64,000 nt of DNA, from assembly GCA_951406725.2 (NCBI GenBank), contig OX597816.1, forward strand, positions 5,270,001 to 5,334,000, given 5' to 3'. Below, piece after piece: positions 42,075 to 57,856 of the stretch. The translations under genes and the position numbers were made by a program. The notes beneath the pieces are model-generated. The model saw only the letters and a program-made list of their open reading frames with translations. It searched no databases and was not told the origin of the DNA. The first letter of the stretch is position 1. Each line of letters begins with the position of its first letter. The stretch is from Octopus vulgaris (taxonomy: Eukaryota).

Positions 42075-42164
42075 ACACACATACATACATACACACATAC
42101 ATACACACATACATACATGCATACATACATACATACATACATACATACATACATACATACATAC

Positions 42165-42195
<31 letters not shown>

Positions 42196-42919
42196 CATAC
42201 ATACATACATACATACACACATACATACATACATACATACATACATACATACATACATACATACATACATACATACATACATACATACATACATACATAC
42301 ATACATACATACATACATACACACATACATACATACATACATACATACATACATACATACATGTACATACATACATACATACATACATACATACATACAT
42401 ACATACATACATACATACATACATACATACATACATACATACACACATACATACATACATACATACATACATACATACATACATACATACATACATACAT
42501 ACATACATACATACATACATACATACATACATACATACATACATACATACATACATACATACATACATACATACATACACACATACATACATACATACAT
42601 ACATACATACATACATACATACATACATACATACATACATACATACATACATACATACATACATACATACATACATACATACATACATACATACATACAT
42701 ACATACATACATACATACATACATACATACATACATACATACATACATACATACATACATACATACATACATACATACATACACACATACATACATACAT
42801 ACATACATACATACATACATACATACATACATACATACATACATACATACATACATACATACATACATACATACATACATACATACATACATACATACAT
42901 ACACACATACATACATACA

Positions 42920-42950
<31 letters not shown>

Positions 42951-43039
42951 CATACATACATACATACATACATACATACATACATACATACATACATACA
43001 TACATACATACATACATACATACATACATACATACATAC

Positions 43040-43070
<31 letters not shown>

Positions 43071-43091
43071 CATACATACATACATACATAC

Positions 43092-43122
<31 letters not shown>

Positions 43123-43204
43123 CATACATACATACATACATACATACATACATACATACATACATACATACATACATACATACATACATACATACATACA
43201 TACA
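42075..43204. repeat. ~1.1 kb (TACA)n tetranucleotide array
   Basis: Seen directly; directly abuts the RTE 3' end. Confidence 0.97.
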
Positions 43205-43590
43205 TGATGGCTGCCCCCTCGTTATCGAGTATGGCCATTGCACGAAGCTTAACTGTTATTGGTGCTGTGATCGAATGTGACTTTTTAGCCCAGCTAAAGA
43301 TCTACAATGTCTTGTACAGAATTGGCAACTAAAACCTTTACCGGTAATAGCCGGCTGTAGTTGTAACTGGGCTTCATGTAACTTTAACATGTCGTTTAAG
43401 TCCTCCTGCCGAATTACACTCTTTTCCACATGCCCGACAGATATGATTAGTATGCTGTGTTACACCACCACCAGTGGCCAGGTTGTCACTCATCTGTCTC
43501 GTTTTATGACTTCGAAGATGACTCTTGAGTCCAGCTTTACTGAGGCAGGATCTTGCATAGACACTGCATGTCAGCATCATAGGAAGACCC
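43205..43590 (-). mobile_element. RTE-like LINE 3' end with two C2H2-type fingers
   Basis: CSVYARSCLSKAGLKSHLRSH...HICRACGKECNSAGGLKRHVK, then 3' UTR ...gcaatggccatactcgataacgagggggcagccatca running into (TGTA)n. The 5' side is also (TACA)n. Confidence 0.65.
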
Positions 43591-43604
43591 TATACATGTA
43601 TACA

Positions 43605-43636
<32 letters not shown>

Positions 43637-44289
43637 CATAAATACATACATACATACATACATACATAAATACATAAATACATAAATACATACATACATA
43701 CATACATACATACATACATACATACATACATACATACATACACACATACATACATACATACATACATCCTAGAGAACCGAAAGTTGGGCAAACTCTATGG
43801 AAAACACTAGTTCTGAGAGGAATAGGTTACTTCGCATAGCTTTGGTCTCCTAACTCCTGACCAGTCTCACAGACGGGATTGAAGGATTACAAAGATCTTC
43901 ACCGGTAAAGTAACTTCAATCAAAAGCCTTAATTACTGATAACTGCGTCTTGAGCGCTGGAAAGAGAGTTATATTATTATACACACATGGAAAATCCTGG
44001 AGGGGCATGATACAAAGGTAGGTATTAGAGAGAATTTTAATGCACGAATTGGTCAAAAGTGTCATCTTCTAAATGTAGACACCTTCGAAATCGCGAACAA
44101 AAGCACTCTCTAGTACCAGTCTGATATTCAGAGGCCCTCAGTTGTTCAGATGTTTACCCGAAGAAATCAGAAATAAAAGATAAAGTGGCATCTACGGAAG
44201 CATTAAAACAACAACAACAACAACAACAGCAGCAGCAGCAGCAACAACAACAACAACAACAACAATAACAATAATAATAATAATAATAA

Positions 44290-44847
44290 ATGCCCTGATG
44301 CAGTACTAGGCAGTGGCTCTCATGGCTGCTGATCTTAACTGATTGCAAGTGTTATCATGTACATTGTTTTGTCTTGGTATAAAAGATGGGCTACAGCAAA
44401 TATTCTGCTCAATACCACAGATTTGCTTGTCAGTTGTTTGACCTTAACCAGTTGAGCATGTCCCTCAGTGGCTGACGATATGTGCATCTTTGATTATGAA
44501 CAGAAGTAGTGGGGGAGCATCATAGCCATTTGTTGAGAGAGATTCTTCGGGGCTTGAATAATTCACTTCTGGAAACATGGGTGTTTCATTCAACATCCTT
44601 AAACAACCCTTATTCAGGGACCTTTTGAGCGGGATGGGCTACGCGACCAGAAGAAAATTCTAACTGGGCCCCACCTGCAAGGTCATTCGCTGTTTATGTT
44701 GATAGGAAATCACCATGTCGTGCACATATGGTTGTGATGCATGTGCCTAGTGTACCCTTATCAGATGGGTAGTCATGATGGGTATACTGGGCTTCGTCTA
44801 TTTTACCCCAGTGTTACTTTGCTGGCATGCACTGCTCTCTCTCACTC
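44290..44847 (+). mobile_element. ~555 bp (TAA)n-embedded element (full copy 2)
   Basis: atgccctgatgcagtac...gctctctctcactc between (TAA)n tracts. Confidence 0.85.
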
Positions 44848-44851
44848 AATG

Positions 44852-44899
<48 letters not shown>

Positions 44900-45204
44900 G
44901 GAGCTCTGTCATACGAGACATAAATACATCAGCGGTTTCTAATAACACAAGTCTACAGGATACGTGTACAACACGTATTATAACTGAATATCCAATGACA
45001 AACGAAATCAAGATCACCGGAAACTATTTCAATCCCAGGTTTTGTATCAAAGCCAACTACTCCCAGACTTTTTCTATACAAACGTGGCCCACAAAGCAGC
45101 AGGTTTGTTTCTTAGAGTTTATCTGTTTGCACAGACGCAAACTTAGGTATTTCAGTGATATATGCATAAACGTTATTGTTATTATCATTATTATTATTAT
45201 TATC

Positions 45205-45355
45205 ATTGCCTTTGCACAGCTTCTAACTCTGGAGATGTACTACGGTGTCAGCTATTCACTAGCAGTGAACTAATGTAACACCTCTTACTTTTCGAGCACC
45301 ATCCGGTGTTTTCCGGCGGTTCCAAGCAGTGCTGTTTTATGCAAGTGCTCCACTC
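45205..45355 (-). mobile_element. R4/Dong-type 3' end, same family as 61901-62372
   Basis: rc VEHLHKTALLGTAG..RMVLEK* plus a matching 3' UTR and (TAA)n tail. Confidence 0.8.
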
Positions 45356-47446
45356 TTTTTCAGTTTCCGTCTACTAAATCCACGCACAAGGCTTTGGTTA
45401 GCCCGAGGCTATAGCAGAAGAGATTTGTCCAAGGTTCCACGCAGTGGGACTGATATGATAATACAGCGACGGGTAGGAAGAAGGTGGGACCCTTGAAGTT
45501 AACTGAATGCATTTACGGCCTCACAAATCGATGGGTTTTCGTACATGGAGGGGTGGGTGATCGTGCATGATTACAAACGATGACAAAAGTACTGTATTCA
45601 GTAAATTTCTTTTTTCTACTCTTTAACCATCAACCACAGTTGGACCCCCTCTGGTTACGCAACTCTGATTTGCACGTTGCTGATTGTTCAATGCATATCT
45701 TTACCCCAGGAGAGGGCAAGAACAAAATTACATATACCTGCTTACAGAAGGATAAAATGTGATTAAATTTCCCTTCGAGTCAAATAGTACAACAGACTCT
45801 GCCGAACATATCAGAAATCCTCTCAATTAAAAGAACGTAAAAGATATAACACTCTCTGTAGTACTTTTAAAACTAAAGACATAGCTAACATACAGACTGA
45901 AATTGTCAGCTATATCTCTGAGTCTACATTTTTGTACCCCGGCAGATGGGTCAAAGAAGCATTGGACATAATGTATGTTCATGAGTAGTTGCGACGTTTG
46001 TGCCACAGTACGGGAGCGGAGAGGAAGGATCAAAGCAAAGAAATGAAAGGTGACGTTAGGTCAGGGCTTGTCAAACTGGGTTTGCAAAGCTTTATGACTC
46101 CTAAAAGCTACAGAACCATTTCGGAACTACACCTTGTAGAAAGCAACGAGACGACGAACCTTGCTCCGTTTGTCGGATTAAAATGCACTTTAAAACTGAA
46201 TGACTGAAGGAGGTAAAGGAAGTAAGCAAAAACAATGGAAAGGGAAATTACGAACAAGAAGAACAACAAACGCCAGTTTCCAAAACATTATTCTCCAAAA
46301 CTCTGAGACGACAAGAGAAATATTTTTATGTCCACCATCTCCGATAAGTGACCAAACACCTTCGTCCGCTAATGGAATCATGTGAAGCCTCGAAGTTATC
46401 ATGAGATGAGGAAGAAACAATAATTACAGATTTTCGAAAAGTCGGTGAAAATAAGAAAAGAAAAATGAAAGATTACAGGAAAAGAAGATGCAACGTAATT
46501 CAGGTGATAAGAAACGATTTCGTCCAAACCATAATGAATTCCTCGAACAAGAAAATAAAGAAGAAAATAAAGAGAACGAAGCACCGTTCTTCTAAAAATC
46601 AAACAATCAATTAGGGGAGAAAATTGCGCAGATTTTCCGAAGAATTTAGAATGACACGAGGAAAGTTAAACTCAAAAGAAGAAGGACATTACACAGGATT
46701 TGAGAGATTACCCTCAAAGGGAAATATCTAAAAAGATAATTAAATAAAAAGCTTACTGATGCATTTGGCTGCACTCGAACGCAATTTGAGAAATAAACAG
46801 GGTCACAAAGTGTTCTAACCTGACCTAACCAGTAATCTTTTAGGTTTCATTCCCTTCAATTATATTTTGTTTTTATTATTATGTCGTATTGTACTGTTAT
46901 AATTATTGTTTTTATTCAGATTTACACAAGTGCATTTATACATACACGTGGGAGAATGCGTGTGTGTATATGTCTATGAATGGTATGCGTATGTCGACGC
47001 GGATATGTGCGCATGTGTTTGTGCGTGTCTGTGCATGTGTGTATGCGTACCTCAAACGTTTGTTTTGAACCGACTCAAACACATTGCATAAAACCCCTCA
47101 TTTTAACCCTTCATTTTCGCAGACGTGTTTTACTTCACAACACTCCGTGATCAGCTTTCTTTCTTTGCAACCATTAATGAAAGTGTCGCATCATTTTCTA
47201 TCTCTCGAGTCCTCGTCGCTAATAAAAATGATTATTATTATCTTTATTGTTGTTGTTGTTGTTGTCATTGTCATTACCTATATATAAAATATATACGAAT
47301 ATATATATTATATATATATATGTATATATCTATATACACACACACACATATATACATACATATACATACATATACATACATACATATACATACATACATA
47401 CATATACATACATACATACATATACATACATACATACATACATACA

Positions 47447-47480
<34 letters not shown>

Positions 47481-47834
47481 GATAGAGAGATAGAGAGATA
47501 TACATATTAACGCGAACATCTATAGCTTTATAAAATAGGGTACACCAGCATACCTTGCGCAATAATAGTGAAAAAATATATATATATACATACATACATA
47601 CACACACACAAACACACACATATATATATATATACTCAGACATACAACACTTACATATAATGCATACACAGACACACACCTATATGTGTGTATGTATGTA
47701 TGTATGCATATATGTATGTGTGTGTGTGTATGTATGCATGTATGTATGTATGTGTGTATGTGTGTATCTATGTATGTGTGTATGTATGATATGTTTGTAT
47801 GTATGTATTAGTGTGTGTATGTATGGCGTGTCTG

Positions 47835-48181
47835 CGTACAGCCGGAGACTGAGCTACGTAACTAAACTCCGTCGATTAAGAAAGCAGTTGATCCGATCAA
47901 TGGACAAATCCTGCTCGTGAAATCAACGTGCAACTGGTTGAGCACTCTACAGACACGCGTACCCGCAATGTAGTTCTCAGGGAGATTCACCTTGACACAG
48001 AATGGAACAAGGCTGTCACCCTTGGAATTACAGGTACAACTCAGTTTTACCAGCTGATTGGAGTGGAGCATAGTAAAATAAAGTGCATTGCTCAAGGACG
48101 CAACGCGTCGCCGGGAATCGAACTCACAACCATGTGATCGGAAGCCGAACACCCCCTAATTACTATGCGGCGCACCTTCAC
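47835..48181 (-). mobile_element. Hybrid SINE: T3-like head/core with T4-like 3' half
   Basis: gcgcaccttcac head, ttgctcaagga core, then the T4 tail (gtagttctc..ggagattca, ctgctcgtgaaat). Confidence 0.7.
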
Positions 48182-48440
48182 ACTAAGCCATACCACCGTC
48201 TAAAATATCATACCTTGTATGCAACCTTAAACCATTCTTTTCTGTGCTGCATGGAAAACCCAAGTCCCACCCCCTTAGAACCGCCTTTCAACTAACCACC
48301 TCTTTGAAGTGGGGTTGGTTTTGGATATAAGAATGCACAAAGGCATACACTCAGGGCCTACATGCATGCATACACATGCATGCATCCGAGCATGCATTCA
48401 TTCATATATATATGTATATATGTATATACATACATTTATA

Positions 48441-48534
<94 letters not shown>

Positions 48535-48688
48535 TATTTATATTTATATATATATATATGTACATACCTACATACATACATACATAAATACATACATATA
48601 TATATACATAGGGATATGTATATATATATGTATATGTATATATATGTAGGTATATATATATATATTTATTTATATATATATATATTGA

Positions 48689-48767
<79 letters not shown>

Positions 48768-49058
48768 GCATGTATATGTATATAGATAGATACATTAGAT
48801 ATATGTAAATGAGTATAAGTATAAATTATATAAATTATACATATAAGGTATTATATATTTCACACACACACAAACACACGCGCGCGTGCACGCACAAACA
48901 CACAAACACACACACACACATAATTATGATATATCTGCTAATATATACGTCATTTAAACATATTTACATATATTATACGCGTGCGTGCGTGTGAATTTTA
49001 TAATAAGGATCTATATAGAAAGAGCTATACATGCATAGTGATATATGCATTATATGTA

Positions 49059-49105
<47 letters not shown>

Positions 49106-49163
49106 TTGGTAAAACGGTAAGATAACAAAAGGAAGAGACCTCAATACTATGTAAATAGAGGAA

Positions 49164-49217
<54 letters not shown>

Positions 49218-49240
49218 ACACACACACACACACACACACA

Positions 49241-49289
<49 letters not shown>

Positions 49290-49372
49290 TATTACATATA
49301 GATATATATGTATATGTATGTTACGTATATATGTGTGTATGCATGTATGTGTATGTCTATATATATATAAAC

Positions 49373-49404
<32 letters not shown>

Positions 49405-49406
<2 letters not shown>

Positions 49407-49603
49407 TCTTTTATTCTTTTACTTGTTTCAGTTGTCTGACTGCAGCCATGCTGGAGCACCACCTTCAGTCGAGCAAATCGACCACCCCCCACCCAGGACT
49501 TATTCTTTGTAAGTCTAGTACTTATTCTATCGTTCTCTTTTTGCCGAACCGCTAATGTTACGGTGACCAACATCGTTTAAGTGATGGTGGGCGGATAAAC
49601 ACA

Positions 49604-49661
<58 letters not shown>

Positions 49662-49826
49662 CGATGGGCTTCTTTCAATTTCTTTCTACCAAATCCACTC
49701 GCAAGGCTTTGGTCGAGCCGAGGCTATAGTAGAAGACGCTTGCCCAAAGTGCTGCAGAGTGAGACTGAACCCGGAGCCGTGTGGTTGTTAAACAAACTGT
49801 TTACCACGCAGCCACTCCTGCGCCTA
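49405..49826 (-). mobile_element. SINE family T1, full length
   Basis: Reverse complement of 4255-4665. Confidence 0.85.
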
Positions 49827-51377
49827 TACACACATACATAAATACACACATACATACATACATACATACATACATACATACACACATACACACATACATA
49901 CATACATACATACATACATACATACACACATACATACATACACACATACATACATACATACATACATACATACATACATACATACATACATACATACATA
50001 CATACATACATACATACATACATACACACATACATACATACATACATACATACATACATACATACACACATACATACATACATACATACATACATACATA
50101 CAAACATACATACATACATACATATAAAATACATATATATGTATGTATGTATTATGTATGTATGTATCTATGTATGTATGTATGTACGAACGTATTGGTA
50201 TACTTGCATGACTACACTCATACGCACATGCATATATGCATACACACCTATAATGTCTTCTAGAGATGCGATGCCTAGTTTCTTTTCCAGAGCGGGTCCC
50301 TGAGTCACTGGATGTCCCACTTTGTACAACTAACCACCACATTCAAGTAATTCGAACTTTTCCACTGAAACCAATATTTGCCCCTATATCTGTGTGTGTG
50401 TGGAGGGGGTTGAAAGCGTGGCTCTGTGGTAAGATGCCTGCTTTCCAGCCACAGTGTTCCGGGTTCAGACCCACCTCGGGCCGGCTAACTCTTCTTGAGT
50501 GGATTTCCTAGACATGGAAAGAAGTGCGCCGTGTACATACAAACATACACACATACATACATACATACATACAAATATACATACCTACATACATACACAC
50601 GCACACATACATACATACGCGCACACATACATACATACATACATACATACGTACATACATACACACACATACACACATACATACATACATACATACATAC
50701 ATACATACATACATACATACATACATGCATACATACATACAGGCATACATACATACACACACACATACATACATGTATGCGTGTGTGTGTCTTTGTGTCT
50801 GTGTTTGTCCCACACCACCGGTTAGCAATCGCAATCGGTATTGGTTTGTTTATATCCCTGTAAACTTAGCGGTACCGCAAACGTGACTGACAGAATAAAA
50901 CCGAAGCTTTGAAAAAACAAACCAAAAAACAAGTTGCCGGTTCAATTCATTCGACTAAAAAAACACCCCAAGTTGGTACCCCAGGGTGGCCGAAGTGTAA
51001 TGATAACAAATAAATGATAAAACATAGAAAATATATATTTGTGTGTGTGTGTGTGTGTGGATAAGAATTGGCTCGATGGAGTTCCACCGGACTTAAGCCC
51101 TTGGCCAGTTGGTATTCTTCGCCGTTCCACACCCTCGCCCCACCCATCCCCTTCAGCTCCACCGGTCATCATGTGTTGAGACCCCTAAACGCTTGCTCAG
51201 CATCCTTTGTCTTCTCTTTCCGAAGGCCCTTCTGCTGCCTATTCTTCCTTCTGTAGCTAGGGTTCCTCTGCCCCCACTCCTCGTACGCCCCATGAGTCTT
51301 CGACTGTCCTCGCCCCCCAACTTCTGGCAACCACCTGACTGCCTCCCCACACGTTCCTGTAACTCCCCACCACCACC

Positions 51378-51409
<32 letters not shown>

Positions 51410-51491
51410 CAACTGTAGGGTCTTCACTCTCTTCCCTTCTTTTGCTCTTTTCACTCCTCCCGAAGCAGAGTTTGATGCACACATACACACA

Positions 51492-51557
<66 letters not shown>

Positions 51558-51620
51558 CATATACACATACATACATATATGTGTGTGAGTGTGTCTGTGT
51601 ATATATATATATATATATAT

Positions 51621-51853
51621 ACCGGAGTAAACACATAAATGTGAAACAAGGTGGAAAAAAGAGTACTCAAATACCAGTGGTAGAGTAATATGCTTTATTT
51701 AAGCAGCAGAAAATTCAACAAAACCTGTTACTCTGAGTTTCCCGTTGCCGTTCATCGGACTATCGGTTCTATTCTAGCAAAAACTGTCCGATGAACGGCA
51801 ACGGGAAACTCAGAGTAACAGGTTTTATTGAATTTTCTGCTGCTTTAAATAAA

Positions 51854-51858
<5 letters not shown>
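51621..51858. mobile_element. Fold-back PLE-pLTR-like element family C (copy 2) with two inverted hammerhead cores
   Basis: ~73 bp inverted arms 51688-51760 / 51786-51858. The + strand hammerhead at 51780-51826 reads aaaactgt-CCGAUGA-acggcaacgg-GAAA-ctcagag-UA-acaggtttt; its mirror lies on - at 51720-51760. Confidence 0.85.
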
Positions 51859-51905
<47 letters not shown>

Positions 51906-52211
51906 TGTCGGTGCAAATGGCATTTTATACGGTACCGGGTTTTACAATTCTGTAAATAATAATAATGGTATTTATATGAGCCTAAAGCTTACGGCTATCA
52001 CCATGCAATGACTCAGGAAAATAGTCTAATAAAGGGGCATATGAACCCTCGACAGAAACAAAAGTAGGCTTTCCTATCTGCGTGTGACTCGAACCCAAAT
52101 CCATTTGGTAACGCCACTAAGTGTGCTACCATTAATATACATACATGCATACATACATATATCTATATATATACATACATAAATACATACATGCATGCAT
52201 ACATACATACA

Positions 52212-52247
<36 letters not shown>

Positions 52248-52926
52248 TATGCGTGCGTAATATATGTATGTGCCCGCTATGTTTGCTCGTGTATATGTCA
52301 ATAAAGATTATACGATTTTTCATTCATTATGCACCCAACTTAGCATTGTATTGTTGTCGCTGCTGTTGCTAAGGCCGTCCTCTGCTTCTTCCACACTTGT
52401 CGGTTATTGTGGTCATAGCTTTTTTTTTCTTTTTTTGCTACGGCATTTATTTCTGGTTTCCTGCTCGTATCGAGCATTTGTTTGCGTATAGACATGTATG
52501 AAAGCAGAGAGGAAAGAGAGCCGGGGTGGGCAAGGTGGGTTTGTCTTCACTCTATTGTCGTTGCAGTATATTTTGCAGCCGCAAACGCTATTTCCTGCAC
52601 TTGTTGTTGTTGATCTTACTTATATGGTAGCTGTTGTTGCAATTAGGCCCCAAATCTACTCGTGAGTCACACGCGTTCCGTCTGTGACCATCCTGTCTTT
52701 TTTGCAAATCAGTCCTACATTATCAACGTGACTTCTCGTTTATTTTTAAGGCAATTGGGTATTTGCCATGAAATACCCTGATTTGAGGGTATTTTCTCTG
52801 CTATTTCTAACAGGTCGTCAAGTCTCGCACATTGGCTCCAATGTGGTTTGGGGTGTTCATTAAAAAACTCGGTAATGAATGAAGAAATGGAACGAAAACC
52901 AAGCAAATGTTGCCGTAATGAAAGCA

Positions 52927-52997
<71 letters not shown>

Positions 52998-54981
52998 ATA
53001 TATATATATAGTAGCCGTTGTTATAGCTATGGAAATCAATATGCATGCGTAATCACACACACACACACAAACATACATATGCACGCGACAAACACACGTA
53101 CATTTATACACTCATAGATACACGCACCCACAAATACACAAACCTGGATACACATACACACAGCATGCACACATGCAGACATATCTCGCACGTACACACA
53201 TAGACACACATATTCGTTTTTGATATAACAACTCTACTTTTTGGGGCGGGTGACAGTGCCATGTGGCCCCACCTCCCCGCTTCTGTACTATTACTTTATT
53301 GACCGTGCCGCCCCACCCTCCGTTGAAAGGCTGAAAGGCAAGACTGTCCTCGGTGAGATTCGATCCCAGAACGAGTATTAACCATAGCGTGATATAAAGC
53401 ATGACATTTCAAAGCCAGCTCCAACCATAATTAAAGGAATCGGTCCAAAGATAGGCGAAGGCCAGAAATTTAAGGGGAGGGGCATTTGGTTGATGAAAGC
53501 GGCATCGGCATTTGAATGGTCCTTTCGTTTTTCTTTACCCCAGAAGGGTGGAAAACAAAGCTAACCTCGACAGGATTCGAACACAAAATGTGACGAAGGG
53601 ACGTAATTAAATACAAACTTTGCCATTAATAAGCGTCACAAACATGCACTACATCCGGTGTATGAGAATGAGTTGGCCCCGATGATTTGAGGGTTTCTTG
53701 TACGGGTTGATAAATAAGTTCCCAGATATTTTAGTCATGGGTTTTATAGGGAACCTTTTACATACTGATGGACATCTCGATTCCTTTCGACGAAGTCATT
53801 AGCAATTTGGAGTAAGAAGAATGTAGAAGAGAGAAGGGAAAAGAAGCGATTCTAGTGATAACAATGTGTAGTCGGGAATATACAAAAATGGAATTTCAGC
53901 AATACGACAATGATGCCAGATCACACAAGTTTTAGACGCAATCCAAAAGAATTATTCTATGAGGTACAAATATTAGATACAGCTTGCTAGAAATAGCCGC
54001 TAAATTTCCGTTACACCCTACTGTTGTAAAAACAAATGGTAGGACTTTGGATAAAGTGGTCCTAGATGCTTTTATACCTGGAGATAGGGTGGGATGTTCT
54101 TAGCTTGAATATCCTTGATCTTAGGTTTGCTCAATCAGAACTGATAGGGATTAAACAGCAACAACAACGACAACAGCAGCACCAACCGTTATTTCCGTCA
54201 CGCCCTTGTTTGCTAGAAACTTTTAATTCCGTTACTCAACGGAATTAAACGTTAGTCAACGGAATACGCATCCAGTAGACTGTCGACACCCGGAACCCCT
54301 TCGTTACTTTATAATTTACACAACAAATTAGAGCAACATTAATATAAGACAAGAAGCAACAGTGCAGACCCTGTTGCTCAGTAAATTACATGCCTCGACA
54401 CATTCCTTGTTATGGTGCCACGGTGGAACACATAGAGGCACGCTGTAGAAGACAACTCACATGAACCAAGCGAAAAACAATGCTAAAATACATAGTAATC
54501 GAATGGAGATCGAAGGTCGGGAATTTGGAGGAAGAAACACAATCGATTCAGAATTGTAATTGCATTTATTTCATTGCTAGTCCCCCGAGCATAAAGAAAG
54601 GTAAAATCGGCTCCCGTTAAGATTTGAACTCAGAAACGCAAAGGGACGCAACTGAACACCGTAAAACGTTTAATCCGTCACTCTAAATAAAATCCACCAA
54701 ATCACCACTTGTAAACTATCTCACTGCTTCAATAATGAAAATAATGATAATAATATTTAACAAGACATCGACATTACTAACAACAAAGGGTTATAGTGAT
54801 GACGTGGATGTCTTTTATTTTGCCACAGGGGCAGCAGAGGGAGCTGACGGTACAAGGACAGTTTACAATTTGTGTGTGTGTGTGTGTGTATGGTGGGGGC
54901 ACAAAATATGAGGGGAAGAAAGGGGAGAGGAGGGCGAAATGAGATTAAAATAGACACAGTATACAAAGTATGTGAACACAC

Positions 54982-55037
<56 letters not shown>

Positions 55038-56548
55038 GCAATTACATAGAAATTGTTGGATGGGAAACTGTTGTCGATTATATATCAACGTCAGTATTAT
55101 GAATGGTAGGTTTATTTTATTGGCCCACCCCGCCTCCGGAAGGACGTCAGGCAGAGAAATGGTAATAATGTATGACAGAAATTAAGCGAAGTGCTAGAAT
55201 ATAAAGACTTACCTATGATGTTGCTGTCATTTAATATGTATCGCCAACTCCTTTGTGATTGCGCGTGTGAGTACGTGTGTGTGTGTGTGTGTGTATAGTG
55301 ACGTTTGATTCTCCGAATCTTTGTATTACTTCTTCCTCTTTGACAAGAAAAAAACTGGGGTAGAACAGCCAGAAAAATACCCAAGAATAACCGTATAATG
55401 TACAAGTATATCGCACCAGCAGCTTACATATATATTTTTAAATATATATATATATATTTTTTCTATGTTGCTAATGGTATTTGTTTTCTTATCCGTTCGT
55501 TGTTAATCACAGATTCTGGTCTGGCGTTTTGTAATTCTAATTGAAACTTGGTAAAACGACTGGGGTAAGAATTAAGTTTTTTTTTTTTTTTCCAAAAAAA
55601 AAAAATTCTATCATTAATTAGTTGTGTAAGTGAAGTTAAGTTAATTGGTTTGTTTTAGATTAGCGGATGTGTATACGGTGGACGCTCATCTATCTCTATG
55701 TGTGTGTAACTGAATCATCGTCGGCACGGTTGGCTTGAGAATGGAGAAACAACAGCAGTATAAGGTGAGGGAGAGAAAGGAGAGAGGGAGAGTGAGAGAA
55801 CGGAGAGTTATTGAGGGAGGGTGTGAGAGAAAGATGAGAGAGAGAGAGAGAAGCAGTCGTTCGAAGATGGAGAGAAGGATGAGGAAAGTTGATGAAAATA
55901 ACGATAGCTGCGTGCGTGCGTGCGTGCGTGTGTCTGCTTGTGTGTTTGTGTATATACGTATATATGTGTATGTATATCTATATATTTATATATATATATG
56001 TGTGTGTGTGCGTGTCTGCTTGTGTGTTTGTGTATATATGTATATATGTGTATGTATATCTATATATTTATTTTTATATATATATATGTGTGTATGTGTG
56101 TGTGTGTGTGCGTGTGTATGTCTGTGTATGTATCTATAAAGAGAGGGATAGTGAGAGAGACGATATAAGAGAAGTGTGAATGGAAAGGAGGGCGTTTACA
56201 GAGAGTAAGGAGACTGGGGAGAGAATGAGAGATCAAGGTTGAAGTGGAAAGAGGGAGAACCTAAATTGAGAGACAGGGAGACACAGAGAGAGAGAGAGAG
56301 AGAGAGAGCTTGTATGCGTGTATCAGTGGACGTATGCAAGAAGAGAGTAAAAGAGAAGAGATGAAGATTGGGAGAGATGGAGAGAGAGAGAGAGAGAGAA
56401 AGACGGAGCGAGGGACTGACACAAGCAGGTGGAGAAATGTATGTGTGTGTATCTATGTGTGTGCGTGTGTGTGTGCATGTGCGTGCCACAATGAGGCTAA
56501 AACAGAGGAAGGGGTATGAGGTCTCTCGCTCTCTCTCTCTCTCACTCA

Positions 56549-56598
<50 letters not shown>

Positions 56599-56761
56599 AA
56601 TGAATGTATATCGTCTGAGAGGAAGAGAGCGGGGCAATTATGAGGGAGAAGAGGAGAGTTTATATATGAGGAAAAGAAGGAAAGCAACGACAGGTACTGG
56701 AACTCCAAAAGAGGAATAATATGAGGGGGGAGCAGTTGTAAACATGCGTATTCTTTTGTGG

Positions 56762-56847
<86 letters not shown>

Positions 56848-57566
56848 TATAGATGATGAATAACTATGTAAAAGACGTGGAGAGTTACGTAGAGTCTCTA
56901 AGAATAGAAAAGAAGGAATGAAAAAATTATGCTGATAATGTAACAGTACCAACAACAGTAACAACAACAACAACACTGTCACAACACTATATTAGCACTA
57001 ACAACACCAGTCTAACAACAGCCACAACAACAGCACTAATAAGAACGTCTTTATTATTAAATAGAAAACAGATAGTGTTGAATGTTGAAATTGGAACGAA
57101 AGTGAAAGTAGAAAATTACGCGCTAGCTGTTGCGCAGTGATAAGGGGAGGGGGAAAAGTGAGAGGAAGGGGAGTAGGTCGGTTGGATGAGAGAGAGAGAG
57201 AGAGAGAGAGATGAGAGCATTTAATGATGGTCGTGGTGGGAGGAGAGCGAACTAGAGGAACGTGTATAGGAGTGAAGAGGGGAAAGGAGAGGTGGGAGAA
57301 GAAGAGAAGCAAGTGCTCGTGCGTGTTTGTGTTTGCGCATCGACTGAAAGTTGAGTTTTGTGAGAAGAGAATAAGAGAGGTGGAGGTGGAGGGAGGAGAA
57401 AGAGAGAGAAAGAGGAAAACGAGAGGGATTGTGTATCAGCTGATGGGGGAAGAGGAGTAGTAAGAGCAGAGAAGAGCAAAGGCAGAGAGAGAGAGAGAGA
57501 GAGAGAAAGAGACTTGACAGGCAGACTTATTAGCATCTATGAATATATATATATACATGCACGCAT

Positions 57567-57656
<90 letters not shown>

Positions 57657-57802
57657 GAGATATAAAGTGAGAAATGAGAGACAATCGTTATAATAGTAAA
57701 ATGAATTTTGCCGAGAGAGAAGCGAGTAGAAAGAAAGTGCAGCTCCGTTGTAATGATGTTTGCTTTACTTTTAGCAATGACGACGACGACGACGACGACG
57801 AC

Positions 57803-57856
<54 letters not shown>

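Noticed and set aside
43374-43580. Host C2H2 zinc-finger gene exon
   Set aside because: No TGEKP linkers, a degenerate first finger, and a LINE-like 3' UTR with a tandem-repeat tail; better explained as an RTE-like 3' end.
55112-55405. ORF with signal-peptide-like N-terminus (MYIIRLFLGIFLAVLPQFF)
   Set aside because: Runs through a (CA)n microsatellite, has no recognisable domain, and its length is compatible with chance.
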